64,000 nt of DNA. It comes from Eledone cirrhosa. Its lineage: Eukaryota. Positions 36,694 to 48,431 of this stretch are shown here, piece after piece (the stretch's first letter is position 1; the number at the start of each line of letters is the position of its first letter). The translations under genes and the position numbers were made by a program. The notes beneath the pieces are model-generated. The model saw nothing but the letters and a program-made list of their open reading frames with translations, searched no databases and was not told the DNA's origin. The stretch is from contig OZ024743.1 of the NCBI GenBank assembly GCA_964016885.1, forward strand, positions 194,370,001 to 194,434,000, read 5' to 3'.

Positions 36694-37161
36694 TATATAG
36701 TATATATATATATTTATTTATATAATATATTTATATATATATGTGTGTGTGTGTATATATATCGTTATAAGAATATTGTCTAAAAGGCTTATATGTATAA
36801 CGTACTATGTGTTTCAAAATGCGTTCAAAAAGTTTTATGTCGGTCAACAATTTTGTTGATTCTTCTCGCACTTCAGACATTGCAAGACGATAATGATTTA
36901 ATGCGGGAAAATATTATCTTGGTATATCTCATTACACGGTCATGTTTGCACTTCGTTACGAATCCCAATAAAATATTGAGTGGAGAACGTCATAACCAAT
37001 GACTGTTGTAGTTTACATATTACGGGGCTTCCCATATTGAGGTTCTATAGATAGAACAATAAAAGTAGTAAACTATGCATTAATAAAATAATCATTTTTA
37101 TATTCCTTTTACAAGGATATTGCTATGAAATCGTGTGTTGAAAGAGATACTGTTATATTTA

Positions 37162-37552
37162 GGGAAGGTCATATTGTCCTAATATTGCCCAGAAAATAAT
37201 CAAACTTACTCACTGTTTGGTTTGGTTTTCACTTTATCATATTTTTATAAATAATTTGGCTGGCAATCAATGTTTATTATTGATTGACCAACAGTTGATA
37301 ATATAAATATAAATACAATTTACCAAAGTCCTTTCGGCACACGGCGACACTCACTGAAGATGTCACAGAAATTTGTGTCGAATGAACATTGACAAATTAT
37401 ACCTATATTTTTAACTGTTAGTCAATAAATGATAAATATTGATTGCCAGCTAAATTATTTGTAAAAATATAAATTTATACTGAAGCGAATACCAAACCAA
37501 ACAGTGAGTATGTTTTATTATCTTTTGGCAATATTGGGACAACATAACCCCC
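37162..37552. repeat. Old degenerate foldback (~180-bp arms) with an HHR relic at its centre
   Basis: ATATTGTCCTAATATTGCC ... GGCAATATTGGGACAACAT; centre CTGAAGA-TGTCACA gaaatt TGTGTC-GAAT. Confidence 0.7.
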
Positions 37553-37666
37553 CCCCCCCCCCCAATATAATATTTTAATATTGCTTTTAATCTGAACAAA
37601 CGTATTCGCAAAGAAGATAGGGAAATCTCTTTATCTCAGTTATATATATATATATATATATTATAA

Positions 37667-37812
37667 AAGTGGTTACACAACAGTTAGTTCACCATACCGA
37701 GAACAATTGTTCTCGCTATGATGAACTAACTGTTGTGTAACCACTTCTACCTAACTCGTCCCATGGACTGAGTGCTCTACCACTAGGGATATTACCTTCC
37801 AGTGTTCTACCA
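37667..37812. repeat. Loop-less foldback of the same family as 49771-49989
   Basis: Arms 37667-37706 and 37707-37746 centred on AACAATTGTT; flanked by (TA)n and (CA)n. Confidence 0.85.
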
Positions 37813-37824
37813 CACACACACACA

Positions 37825-37939
<115 letters not shown>

Positions 37940-38014
37940 GTATATATATATATATATACAGACAGACACGCACACACACAAGTGTATATGTGAGAATATA
38001 GATATGAAAAGTTG

Positions 38015-38092
38015 TCGAATTGGCAGAGATTTTAAAGCGTCGGATTAAATACCTGCGTATTTGTTCCGCTTCTCTGAGTTCAAATCCCGCCT
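38015..38092 (+). mobile_element. Degenerate SINE head
   Basis: TTGGCAGA..GTCGGA..CTGAGTTCAAATCCCGCC. Confidence 0.5.
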
Positions 38093-38638
38093 CCATCTGC
38101 CAGGTTTTCAACCGGCAGATATTATCAGCAATGGCAGCATAGTATGTATATATTTATGCACACACACACATTTACATATATATATATTTATATAAAACTT
38201 CCTTTTGCACCTTACTCTTGAATTTATCATGAAAACGACTAAATATATAAAGAAAGCAACTATGTGTGAAATCAGATTTGCTTAAATATTTCTCACTTTT
38301 ATTTACTTTTAATATTTATTTGCATTAATCTATTGATTTGGAAAGTTGCTGTAAGATACTCTATTGATGACATTAAGTGTACCATAATGCATATATATTC
38401 ATAGTTTTAATACTCGGTAACCGTGATAAAATAGTTGTATAAGACTATTGGCAAACGATCAGGTCGTTAAAGGAAGAATATTTGTGGAGCTGCGTTACTG
38501 GTAAAAGTATTATCTTTACGGAAATACTGGCAAGTCTATATGAATTATTAATAATTATTAGAATTTTCTCATCAGGAAAAAATCTTATTGATTACGTGAG
38601 GGATTACAACTGTTCAGAAAGCAATCAAGCACATATCT

Positions 38639-38682
<44 letters not shown>

Positions 38683-38697
38683 CACACACACACACAG

Positions 38698-38756
<59 letters not shown>

Positions 38757-38757
<1 letters not shown>

Positions 38758-39304
38758 CGAAGAAAATGTGGTCCGGAACCAGATGGACCATAACGCACCA
38801 AAGTACTCAATACTTAGGGTAGTAGAGTAGGTAATAGGAACGAGTAGGACCCCTCTTTCTTCTACTGACAAGTTCAGCTACCCCTTCCTTCCACAAAATG
38901 CCATGATAGAATTATGTGTCTCAACAACAAACTTTTGACCAATCCTTGTGACAATCACTTTTACCATATATGGAATATTACCCCCTGAGAAGCTCGGCTA
39001 TTCATTTACCAGGATAAAAATGTTCATTTAGTCCAGAATTAGCCGTCGAAACGGCATGAGCTCAGCCGTCGGGGTCCTACTCGTTTCTATATATATATAT
39101 ATATATATAGGAAAATGTTTAACCCCGACGGCAGAGCTCAAGCCGTTTCGACGGCTATTTCTGGACACAGTTCAGAAATAGCCGTCGAAACGTCTGAGCT
39201 CAACCGTCAGGGTTAAACATTTTCCTATTACCCACTCTACTACCCTAAGTATTGAGTTCTCTGGTGCGTTATGGTCCATCTGGTTCCTTACCACACCGCC
39301 TTCG

Positions 39305-39364
<60 letters not shown>

Positions 39365-39747
39365 CCTTATAGAATATCAAAAGGCTAGGAGATTTGTAAT
39401 TTGAAATCCGAAATGCAAAAAATAGATGTAAGAATAGCCTTCCGCTATATTTTACTCAATTTTCTCAGCTACGTTTTGTATCGATCGACTGTTGTTACAG
39501 TTACTTCTGCGTTTGGGATTCTCACAACTTTTAAACACGCGCACACATGCATATATATATATAGGAAAAAGTATGACCCCGACGGCAGAGCTCAAGCCGT
39601 TCGACGGCTATTTCTGGACAGAAATAGCCGTCTAAACGGCTTGAGCTCTGCCGTCGGGGTCATACTTGTTCCTATTTTCCACTCTACTACCCTAAGTATT
39701 GAGTACTCTGGTGCGTTATGGTCCATCTGCTTCCTTACCACAATTCC

Positions 39748-39751
<4 letters not shown>
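38757..39751. mobile_element. Cluster of three PLE-type terminal fragments with inverted arms (38757-39090, 39108-39307, 39562-39751); related fragment at ~36570-36648
   Basis: Shared block CTCTACTACCCTAAGTATTGAGT..GGTGCGTTATGGTCCATCTG; each unit is separated by (TA)n. Confidence 0.7.
38980..39075 (+). ncRNA. Type I hammerhead motif with long stem II and GUC cleavage triplet
   Basis: ACCCC-CTGAGAA-G..CGGCTA...TAGCCG.C-GAAA-CGGC atgagctca GCCG-TC-GGGGT; position 8 is non-canonical. Confidence 0.65.
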
Positions 39752-39825
<74 letters not shown>

Positions 39826-39910
39826 AAAGGTTAAACAGAAATAACAACACAATCGGTACAGTATATGGAAGGGATATATTAGGTTAACACTTGATATACC
39901 AGGAAGAGGG

Positions 39911-39946
39911 TCTTAACGTTTCGGACGCTAGTCCTTCATCAGAAGA
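39911..39946 (-). ncRNA. Canonical minimal hammerhead ribozyme
   Basis: Reverse complement TCTT-CTGATGA-A-GGAC tagc GTCC-GAAAC-GTT-AAGA; palindromic stem III (AACGTT). Confidence 0.75.
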
Positions 39947-40198
39947 AAGAATGAGAAATAAGATGGATTGAGGGGACGGGCGGGTTGGAGTTGGAAAAAA
40001 TGTCTTTAGATGAAAATAACAGGTCCATTCATGTTGACATTTCTTGCAAAACTATTGGTGCTGGAGTTTTGTGTATGATTTATTTTTAAGAAAAGTGGAT
40101 GATGGAGCGCATCTACATGAAATGGAAAAAAAAAACGTCTTGTAAAAAGAGCTATACTTGTGTACGTGCGTAAGCGCATGTGTGTGTGTGTGGGGGGG

Positions 40199-40290
<92 letters not shown>

Positions 40291-40365
40291 GTGTGTGTGT
40301 GATATATATATGTATATATGTTAAGGGTGAAAGCAGCGATTCTTTGCTTAAACTTTAATCTGTTA

Positions 40366-40406
<41 letters not shown>

Positions 40407-41566
40407 TCTTTTAAGATGCCCTCGACCATAGGTTTGCACCCTATATATGCAATCACTCCTCTGCACATCCTTATAGAAATGCAAAGCCGATACAATATGG
40501 CACTAGTGACGTTGCAGTTAAAAATAAAATACAACAATTCGAAAGTTATACTGTCCGACGTAGTAAGGATGCCCATCCACTAGCCTGGACCACTTCTTTA
40601 TTTCTTGGCACCGAACTTTGCTACTATCTCCACCATGCCAAGTACTTTATACACATATGTTTATGTAATATGTAAACACAGAGTCTATAGAATTTCCTGG
40701 TTGCAAGTGTTGCCTTAAATGTTACGATGGACTTGATGACTTTGTATATATTTGTATATTAATGTGAAAGGGACGTTAACGTTTGTTGACACTTTTCTTT
40801 TCTGTCGAACGCAGAGTCAGTTGTAACACATCAGGCATCTTCCCCAACCCCCACAACATACTAATTAATTAAAACTGTATTATTTCTATAACATTAGATT
40901 TTGTGGGCATATGTACATACATATCAAATAGCAATTATCCTTTACAAATCTTTGTATGATGCATATCTTAAATTATTAATTCTGTCTGGAGCTTCGTGAA
41001 AAATCATTTTTCTATAAAATCTGCACTCTTCGTTGCCATTTCCGTGCATGCGATGTTATTTTTCTACCCCTTACAACCCCCAGAAAAAAAACGAGAAAAA
41101 AACCCAAACCCCGAGATACTTTATATTCTATGAACACATGAACACTGGAACGCAAAATATTTCGTAGCACAAAGGTAAGAAAAAATTACTTTAAAAAGTG
41201 ACGGGATTAAGCTATCGGTCTAGGAATGAAAAGAATGCAGGGGAGACGTACACAAGTGATATAAGAAAATATAAAAGAAAATAAGAATGCTTCTGTTATT
41301 ACTATTAGTAGTTGTATGTTTCTAAGCTGAGAATTATAGCATTGTGTTCAGTGGAAGTCTATTCAAGTATAAACCCTACCACTACACACCTATAGGAGTT
41401 TGATACCATCTAAACCGGCCTATATGAACTTATCTTCAAACGTGCCCGATTACGGTTACATGACCAAATACACAAATACAACAAGCCCAATAACTTACAA
41501 CCCTCCATCTTTCACACTTACGCTTTTCCTATTTCTCACGCACACAATATTGCCTTTGTCTGGGAA

Positions 41567-41635
<69 letters not shown>

Positions 41636-41667
41636 CATCTCTTTCTCCCCGTTTTCATATATATATT

Positions 41668-41700
<33 letters not shown>

Positions 41701-41975
41701 GAAGGCGCATGGCTTAGTGGTTAGAGCATTAGGCTTGCAATTGAAAGATTGTGAGTTGAATTCTCGGACCGGGTGATGTGTTGTTTCCTTGAGCAAGACA
41801 CTTTATTTCACGTTGCTCCAGTTTACTCAGCTGAACATGAGTACCAGTAATAGCTGGAGGTTTAACCCTGCGATGGACTGGCGTCCTGTCCAGGGGGGAG
41901 TCTTTACTCTCAGTCGCTTCATGCCATGAAACCGGGATAAGCACCGGCCAAATGAGCCTTCTGGCTTAAGACAGA

Positions 41976-41978
<3 letters not shown>
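41701..41978 (+). mobile_element. tRNA-derived SINE with CORE-like domain and V-SINE-like 3' body
   Basis: GGCGCATGGCTTAGTGGTTAGAGC head; CCTTGAGCAAGACACTT; CCCTGCGATGGACTGGCGTCCTGTCCAGGGG..CGCTTCATGC..AAACCGGGA. Confidence 0.8.
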
Positions 41979-42033
<55 letters not shown>

Positions 42034-42182
42034 TATATTATATACACATGTATATATATATATATATACATAAGTATATAATATATATATAAATAAATTA
42101 TATACATATATATATACATATATATAATTTATTTATATTTATATTATATACATATGTATATATATACTTATATATCATTTTT

Positions 42183-42213
<31 letters not shown>

Positions 42214-42233
42214 CTGTGTGCGTGTGTGTGTGA

Positions 42234-42279
<46 letters not shown>

Positions 42280-42477
42280 GTGCATGTTTGCACGGGGTCT
42301 GGTGACTGTGCGCGTGGATGGGTGTTGGGTGTATCTGTTACGTTTATTGTTATTTTATGTCCTGTAACCCAGCGGTTGAACAAAACTATCTTGACAAAAT
42401 AAATGCCAGACATGAAGAAAGTACAAGACCGCACTTTAATGACTAAAGCCAGTAAAAAAATACAGAATACGTATGTA

Positions 42478-42811
42478 TGATGGTATCCAATGATGTTGAC
42501 TTGTTCTTCTTTTTGGTAAATATCATCTTGGTCAAGAGAGTGGGACTGGCTTTGTGCAATGCCTTTGCTCACTATAAAAGCTTCACGGCACAGGCATTGC
42601 TTTATATCTGGAGATCTCTCTGCACTTGTCGTCACATGGTACCATGGGCCCAGCACTATGTCTCAATAATTGTCACAGGTGTTGTGTTTGTACCACTGTT
42701 TTCAAGTCGCTTGCTGGACTAAAAATTCACACTCCTTCAGCGCATCGGTAGGGGTTCTCCTACATGGATATTAAAGTAGTGGCCGTACTCGAAAACGAGT
42801 TGGCAGCCACC
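42478..42811 (+). mobile_element. 5'-truncated copy of a non-coding retroposon ending in (ATGT)n
   Basis: Roughly 93-95% identical by eye to 47528-47860. Confidence 0.75.
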
Positions 42812-42825
42812 ATGTATGTATGTAT

Positions 42826-44235
42826 GTTATCTCTTTCTCTTAATTTCGAGTATATTTTTTTGACCGGCCACCTTCCTAGTAGCAAGGTTGTAAAAAAAGA
42901 GAAATTGTCATACCTTGAATCGCAAGAATGTTTTGCAAATTTTGAAGGTGCAAGCTATCGCAGCCATTTGTACGCTGACAGTTCTGATGACCATATTTCC
43001 TTTACTCTTCTGAGGTATTCAGTTCTGGTTCCCTCCTTATTTATGGATCCATCATATCTGACATTCTCATCCTGTCCAAGATATCTGTAGTTGTCCCCTG
43101 ACTGTAGAGGTTGTATTGTCAGGTCGTTCATCTCTAGATTTCTAGAGGAGGGCACAGCTCTTCCACGTTTTACTGCTAAATATGCACACTTGGACTCACC
43201 AAATTTCATTTTGATGTCTGTTGAAAATTGTGTAATGAGGTCCAATTGTTTCTTGATGTCATTTATATTTGGCTCATACAACTTCAGGTCATCAACAAAG
43301 AAAAGATGGGATATACTTCTGGACCCACTTCTGTTTCCTGAGTAGGTAAGATAGTGGATTCAGTGAGAGAACGAAGAGTAGCACTGATAAGCTATGACGC
43401 TGAAAGATGCCCTTCTGGTAATGTATCTTATCAGTCTTAACTTGTTCCTTCTCACCTCTAAGGATCAAATTGGTGTACCAGTTCTTGGTCAGACGTTCAA
43501 CAGCAGCTACCAGTGGTTGTGGGACTTTGGCTAGCTGTAAAGCCTTAACAATCCACCCATGAGGTACACTATCAAATGCCTTTTGATAGTTAAGCCACAC
43601 CAGTCATGTTTCTGCGATTCTTTGTTGTTTTTTCTTGAATCATTTTATTAGTTAGTAAGTTATCTATGCAACCCCACACCTCTCTCTTTCCACCGGCTTG
43701 CTCAGGTGTTATGATGTTGTTGGTAGCACAGTGATCCTGTAAGAACAGGTTAAGGCACCCAGTATATAATTACATGATGTTTTGGCAGGCTATTGGGCGG
43801 TAATTTTTAGCAAGGGTGGTTTGGCTATTTATGGGAATGAGGAGAGTAGTGGCAGTTGATAACCATCTGGGCAGTTCTTGTGTGCCTTTATTGATTTCTG
43901 TAAACAGCCGTATGAGATCTTGCCGATAAAAAGCGAAATTCTTTAACCAGTATCCAGTAATGAGGTGTGAGCCTGGTGATTTCCTATTCGACATTTTCTG
44001 TAGAGCTGTTTCCAGTATTGACCCATCTATGTCATATTGTTTTGTCTGGACATGTTGGCAGTAGTCCTGTTCCAGTTCTTTTAGCCAATTAGTTTGTCTG
44101 TTGAATCCGTCATCCGTTTCCCATACAGATCTCCAGTAGCTCTCAACCTGTTCTTTTGAAGGGTGTCATTTACAGTGATTGAGCTTTTGCCACCCAAGCT
44201 GCTTTACAGAGATTGAGCTTTTGCCACCGAAGCTA
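42826..44235 (-). pseudogene. R4/Dong-like RT fragment, family E
   Basis: KSPG, KNYRPIAC, WLNYQKAFDSVPH, KGIFQ..LS, FVDD, YRYLG; frameshifted; flanked by (TATG)n. Confidence 0.8.
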
Positions 44236-44297
44236 TGTATGTATTAATGTATGTATGTATGTATGTATGTATGTATGTATGTATGTATGTATGAATG

Positions 44298-44808
44298 TGT
44301 GGTAAAATGTAGTATCCTAATTGGATTGCTTATCAACATAGACGTGAGGGAAAATCCCTCGCCTATTTACCATCTTTGTATTTACAATATTCCTCACGTC
44401 AGGTGATCAATTCTAGCAGCATGGATTATATATGTCATTGAGACACGAGTAACATAATAATGATTTCAACAGCAGAAATTAGAGATGAAATGTATGTTTA
44501 TTTTTGTTGTAGCACAAATAATGTTGGTTAACTTGCATGGTTGAAGTTACACATAAAAATGAGGTTACAAAAGGGAATGTTCCATTGCACCGGAAAGCCG
44601 GCAGGCTAGGGTGCAAAATCTCACCGTCACATTGTACGTGTTGCTGGTTCGAAATTCCTGGTGCGAGAGAGATTCTTCAAATCTTTTCGGGTAATTTCTC
44701 CCTCAGGGCGCGTAGGGATACATCCTCTTCTACTGGCGCTGATTGGCTGAACTGAGCCAAATCACGCACAGAGAATGTATGTGAGCCCGCGGAATGTAGG
44801 TCACTACA
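44298..44808 (-). repeat. 3' LTR (511 bp)
   Basis: Direct repeat of 46471-47181 without the SINE. Confidence 0.9.
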
Positions 44809-46456
44809 ATACCCCCCTCCTAGACGGAAGTCGATACAGATTATTGAATCAGCAAGAACAAATGCTGAAAGAGCACATCAGTTTAAAAAAAATAATTGAG
44901 CAGAAGGCTGCATGCAAGAAAAAAACTGAGGCGTTAAGGGTCGTGTTGAGCCGCTGTGTCAAATGATTAGCTGTTTTGTAGTTTATACGTGACCACCAAA
45001 GGTCTAACAAAAACGGATAAAGTCTGACATGGGCGAAGTTGCTGTTCTTGCATTAAATGTTAATGGTAAGTGTTGTACCAGTAGCTGTGAACTAAGCTAT
45101 TATGGTAGTTTACCAGTGCTGGCAAGAAGATGATGGGTAGGCGAGAAAATGTTGGACTCCCAGATGTATTGCCGAATGTGCTAGGGAACCAGGAAAAAAT
45201 GGCTGGCTGCTTTGAAAAGAAAAAAAAGCAAGTTTAATCTGTAGGTGGGTTGCAGTGTAAATTCCATAATTCGGGCGAATCCACAGAAGTGGTGGAAATG
45301 CCGACAAGTCCAGTTCTATTTGTTGCTTTCCCAGCGAGTCGGGCAAAACAACAAGACGGAGGCCGTCATGGACGATCAGTGTGCAACGAGATGCGAAACT
45401 GTTTGAGTTCAGCTGCAATTAGCATTCTCGTGTTGCGGTGTCTGTTTGAATCCGGGTGAATTAAACTCTATGAGTCGCTATCATGTGACGGCACCTCCAC
45501 CAGGTGAAAAGAGATCTCGCAGAATATTACGTTTGAAGAACATATACCAAGAACAACATGTTGGTGTGTGACAAAGAAATGTGTGCATATGCAGGCATGT
45601 AAAACAGCAAAGAATGTGAAGGACCAAAAACCATGAGCAAGCAAATAGCAAAAGAGCACAAAACAAGTAAATGCATTCTACAAAGAAATATGTGAATGTA
45701 ACAAACTAATAATTCAAAGTGAATATAATGATCAATTATAAGTTCAAAGTTTTTCAAAGTCAAATAGCTCACACATCACCAGTGTACAGACTTTCTGACA
45801 CTAGTTCTATCGGAAAACTGAAAAAGAAGTTTGTTAATGCCACTAGGGGTTAGATGTATATTGTTTTTGAGAGTTTTCGTGGCCATTCTACCGTCCTGCC
45901 ACCTTGTGTGACAAAAGGTTGTGTTGCTTGTTAAAGCAAAGTCAATGAATCTTCTGTAGAGTTGAAGTCGAGCGTTGAAGAACCCAGCGTCACCAATATA
46001 GCAGCCACGTCTGACGCCATAATGGTGAGAAAACCAATGTCTTAATTTCTCAAGTCCTTGTGGTAACGAGACAGAAGGTATGGTGGTTGCGTCGGTAAAG
46101 TTACAAGCCGTTCCCTGGTGTGGTTTCTTTTCTTTTTTTCTTAACGGTAGAGACGATAGAAGAGGTGAAAGCGTGGAAGTCAACAATATGATGTGTGGTG
46201 GTTGCGTCGGTAAGGCTATGAAGCAGCCATCTCACTATTCCCTATTGTTGATTAGTGGTTAAACAATGTTGTCGCTGCTGCTGCTGCTGCTGCTGCCTTT
46301 GTTGTTGTTGATTATAGACAGGACCTGTCGGTAGCCATTTTGAAATTTCCTCGCGGCGAAAGGTTTTTGAAATACTGCTAATTTTTTAAAAATTTTAAAA
46401 GGAATATTTTGTATTTTCGTAAATTGCACTGAACAAAAAGGCTGCGTAAAATTCTT

Positions 46457-46469
46457 ACGTCGGTCACCA
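46457..46469 (-). promoter_or_regulatory. Primer-binding site, tRNA-Trp-like
   Basis: TGGTGACCGACGT one nt inside the 5' LTR; resembles TGGTGACCCCGACGT with a 2-nt deletion. Confidence 0.6.
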
Positions 46470-46470
46470 A

Positions 46471-47180
46471 TGTGGTAAAATGTAGTATCCTAATTGGATT
46501 GCTTATCAACATAGACGTGAGGGAAGGACCCTCGCCTATTTACCATTTTGTATTTACAATATTCCTCACGTCAGGTCATCAATTCTAGCAGCATGGATTA
46601 TATATGTCATTGAGACACGAGTAACATAATAATGATTTCAACAGCAGAAATTAGAGATGAAATGTATGTTTATTTTTGTTGTAGCACAAATAATTGTTTC
46701 TACTTTAGGCACAAGGCCAGCAATTACCCAGTGCATTACTGGTACTTTATTTTATCGACCCCGTAAGGATGAAAGGCAAAGTCAACCTCGGCGGGATTTG
46801 AACTCAGATCGTAAAGGGACGTAACTATGCTGGAAAGCATGGCGTCAAACCCTCTACCGATACTGCCAATCCACCGCCCTTGTAGCACAAATAATGTTGG
46901 TTAACTTGCATGGTTGAAGTTACACATAAAAATGAGGTTACAAAAGGGAATGTGCCATTGCGCCGGAAAGCCGGCAGGCTAGGGTGCAAAATCTCACCGT
47001 CACATTGTACGTGTTGCTGGTTCGAAGTTCCTGGTGCGAGAGAGATTCTTCAAATCTTTTCGGGTAATTTCTCCCTCAGGGCGCGTAGAGATACATCCTC
47101 TTCTACTGGCGCTGATTGGCTGAACTGAGCCAAATCACGCACAGAGAATGTATGTGAGCCCGCGGAATGTAGGTCACTAC

Positions 47181-47181
<1 letters not shown>
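46471..47181 (-). repeat. 5' LTR interrupted by a SINE
   Basis: Direct repeat of 44298-44808 with a ~200-bp insertion. Confidence 0.9.
46695..46879 (-). mobile_element. Young SINE inserted in the LTR with a 16-bp TSD
   Basis: TSD TTGTAGCACAAATAAT at 46679-46694 and 46880-46895; the empty site is visible in the other LTR; about 2 differences from 1908-2094. Confidence 0.93.
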
Positions 47182-47211
<30 letters not shown>

Positions 47212-47254
47212 TGTATGTATGTATGTATGTATGTATGTATGTATGTATGTATGT

Positions 47255-47860
47255 CAGGTCACCAGTTGGTGCTACTGGTAACATGTATCCCAGTACAACC
47301 TGTCTCATGGTCGGGTCGTTGGCGACTAAACTGGCAACCCCACCAAGGTTTCCTGGTGAGGAGGGTGACTTTGGACATCCTGCAGGACTAAAAGCAAAAC
47401 CTATCAAAGGGCAAAGGAGCACTTAAGAGTCAATGGCCATCAAATATCACCGGGAGAGATGACACCTTAGCCTTTGTCAAGGCAGAATTCTAGGAGAAGG
47501 AAAACTCTTATATAAAACCTGCAACCCTGATGGTATCCAATGATGTTGACATGTTCTTCTTTTTGGTAAATATCATCTTGGTTAAGAGAGTGGGACTGGC
47601 TTTGTGCAGTGCCTTTTCTCACTATAAAAACTTCACGGCACAGGCATTGCTTTATATCTGGAGATCTCTCTGCACTTGTCGTCACATGGTACCATGGGCC
47701 CAGCACTATGTGTCAATAATTGTCACAAGTGTAGTGTTTGTACCAGAGTTTTCAAGTTGCTGGCTGGACTAAAAAGTCACACTCGTTCAGCGCTTCGGTA
47801 GGGGTTCTCCTACATGGATATAAAGTAGTGGCCGTACTCGAAAACGAGTTGGCAGCGACC
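47255..47860 (+). mobile_element. ~600-bp non-coding retroposon with RTE-like 5' region and (ATGT)n tail
   Basis: Contains GGAGAAGGAAAACTCT, a motif I recognise from RTE 5' UTRs; 3' half duplicated at 42478-42811; (TATG)n on both sides. Confidence 0.6.
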
Positions 47861-48243
47861 ATGTATGTATGTGAGTGTGTATATGTATGTGTATATTTAT
47901 GTGTATATATTTATGAATGTATGAACCTTACAAGACTGTTTTTGTATCACATTTTCTTCTTTTAACTTGAACTATATGTAGGTATATCTCCTCCTCTCTC
48001 TCTGTATGTATGTATATATATGTGTGTGTGCGTGGGTGGGTGGGTGTGCATTTGTGTGCGTGTGTGTGCGTGTGTGTGCGTGTGTGCGTGTTTGGAGAAA
48101 AAAGCTTTAGGTCAGTACTAACCATATCACCCAGATAATATCTACTTTACACCAATGGGAGAAATAACTACATCACATGTTTACTCAATGTACACATAAC
48201 ATATCCAGAGTAGCAGGACAAAACGACTTAAGGAGCGTAGAAG

Positions 48244-48431
48244 AGAAAAATTAATTATGCCAGTAAAAGGTCCTGCATGGGTCGACATCCCCGAAGGTGC
48301 AGGATACAAGCAACATCTATAAAAATTACCACGCATTAGAAAAATTAATCATGCCAGCAAAAAGTCCCACAAGTGTCGACAGCCCTCAAGCTGCAGTATA
48401 TAAACAACGCCTGTAAAGATTACTACACAAT
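48244..48431. repeat. Degenerate ~94-bp tandem duplication
   Basis: AGAAAAATTAAT.ATGCCAG.AAAA.GTCC..GTCGACA.CCC..TGCAG occurs twice. Confidence 0.7.

Larger units (their letters stand above)
44298..47181 (-). mobile_element. Non-autonomous LTR retrotransposon (~2.9 kb, no pol)
   Basis: TG..CA LTRs at 44298-44808 and 46471-47181, ~98% identical; PBS TGGTGACCGACGT and PPT AGGAGGGGGG on the minus strand. Confidence 0.88.

Noticed and set aside
38757-39751. CRISPR-like repeated units
   Set aside because: Repeats are inverted, irregular and separated by microsatellite; eukaryotic context and no cas genes.
45776-46186. 136-aa ORF in the LTR interior with an SGNH-like NNIHLTPSG motif
   Set aside because: No GDS(L) block or catalytic Asp and no ATG start; too little evidence to call a product.
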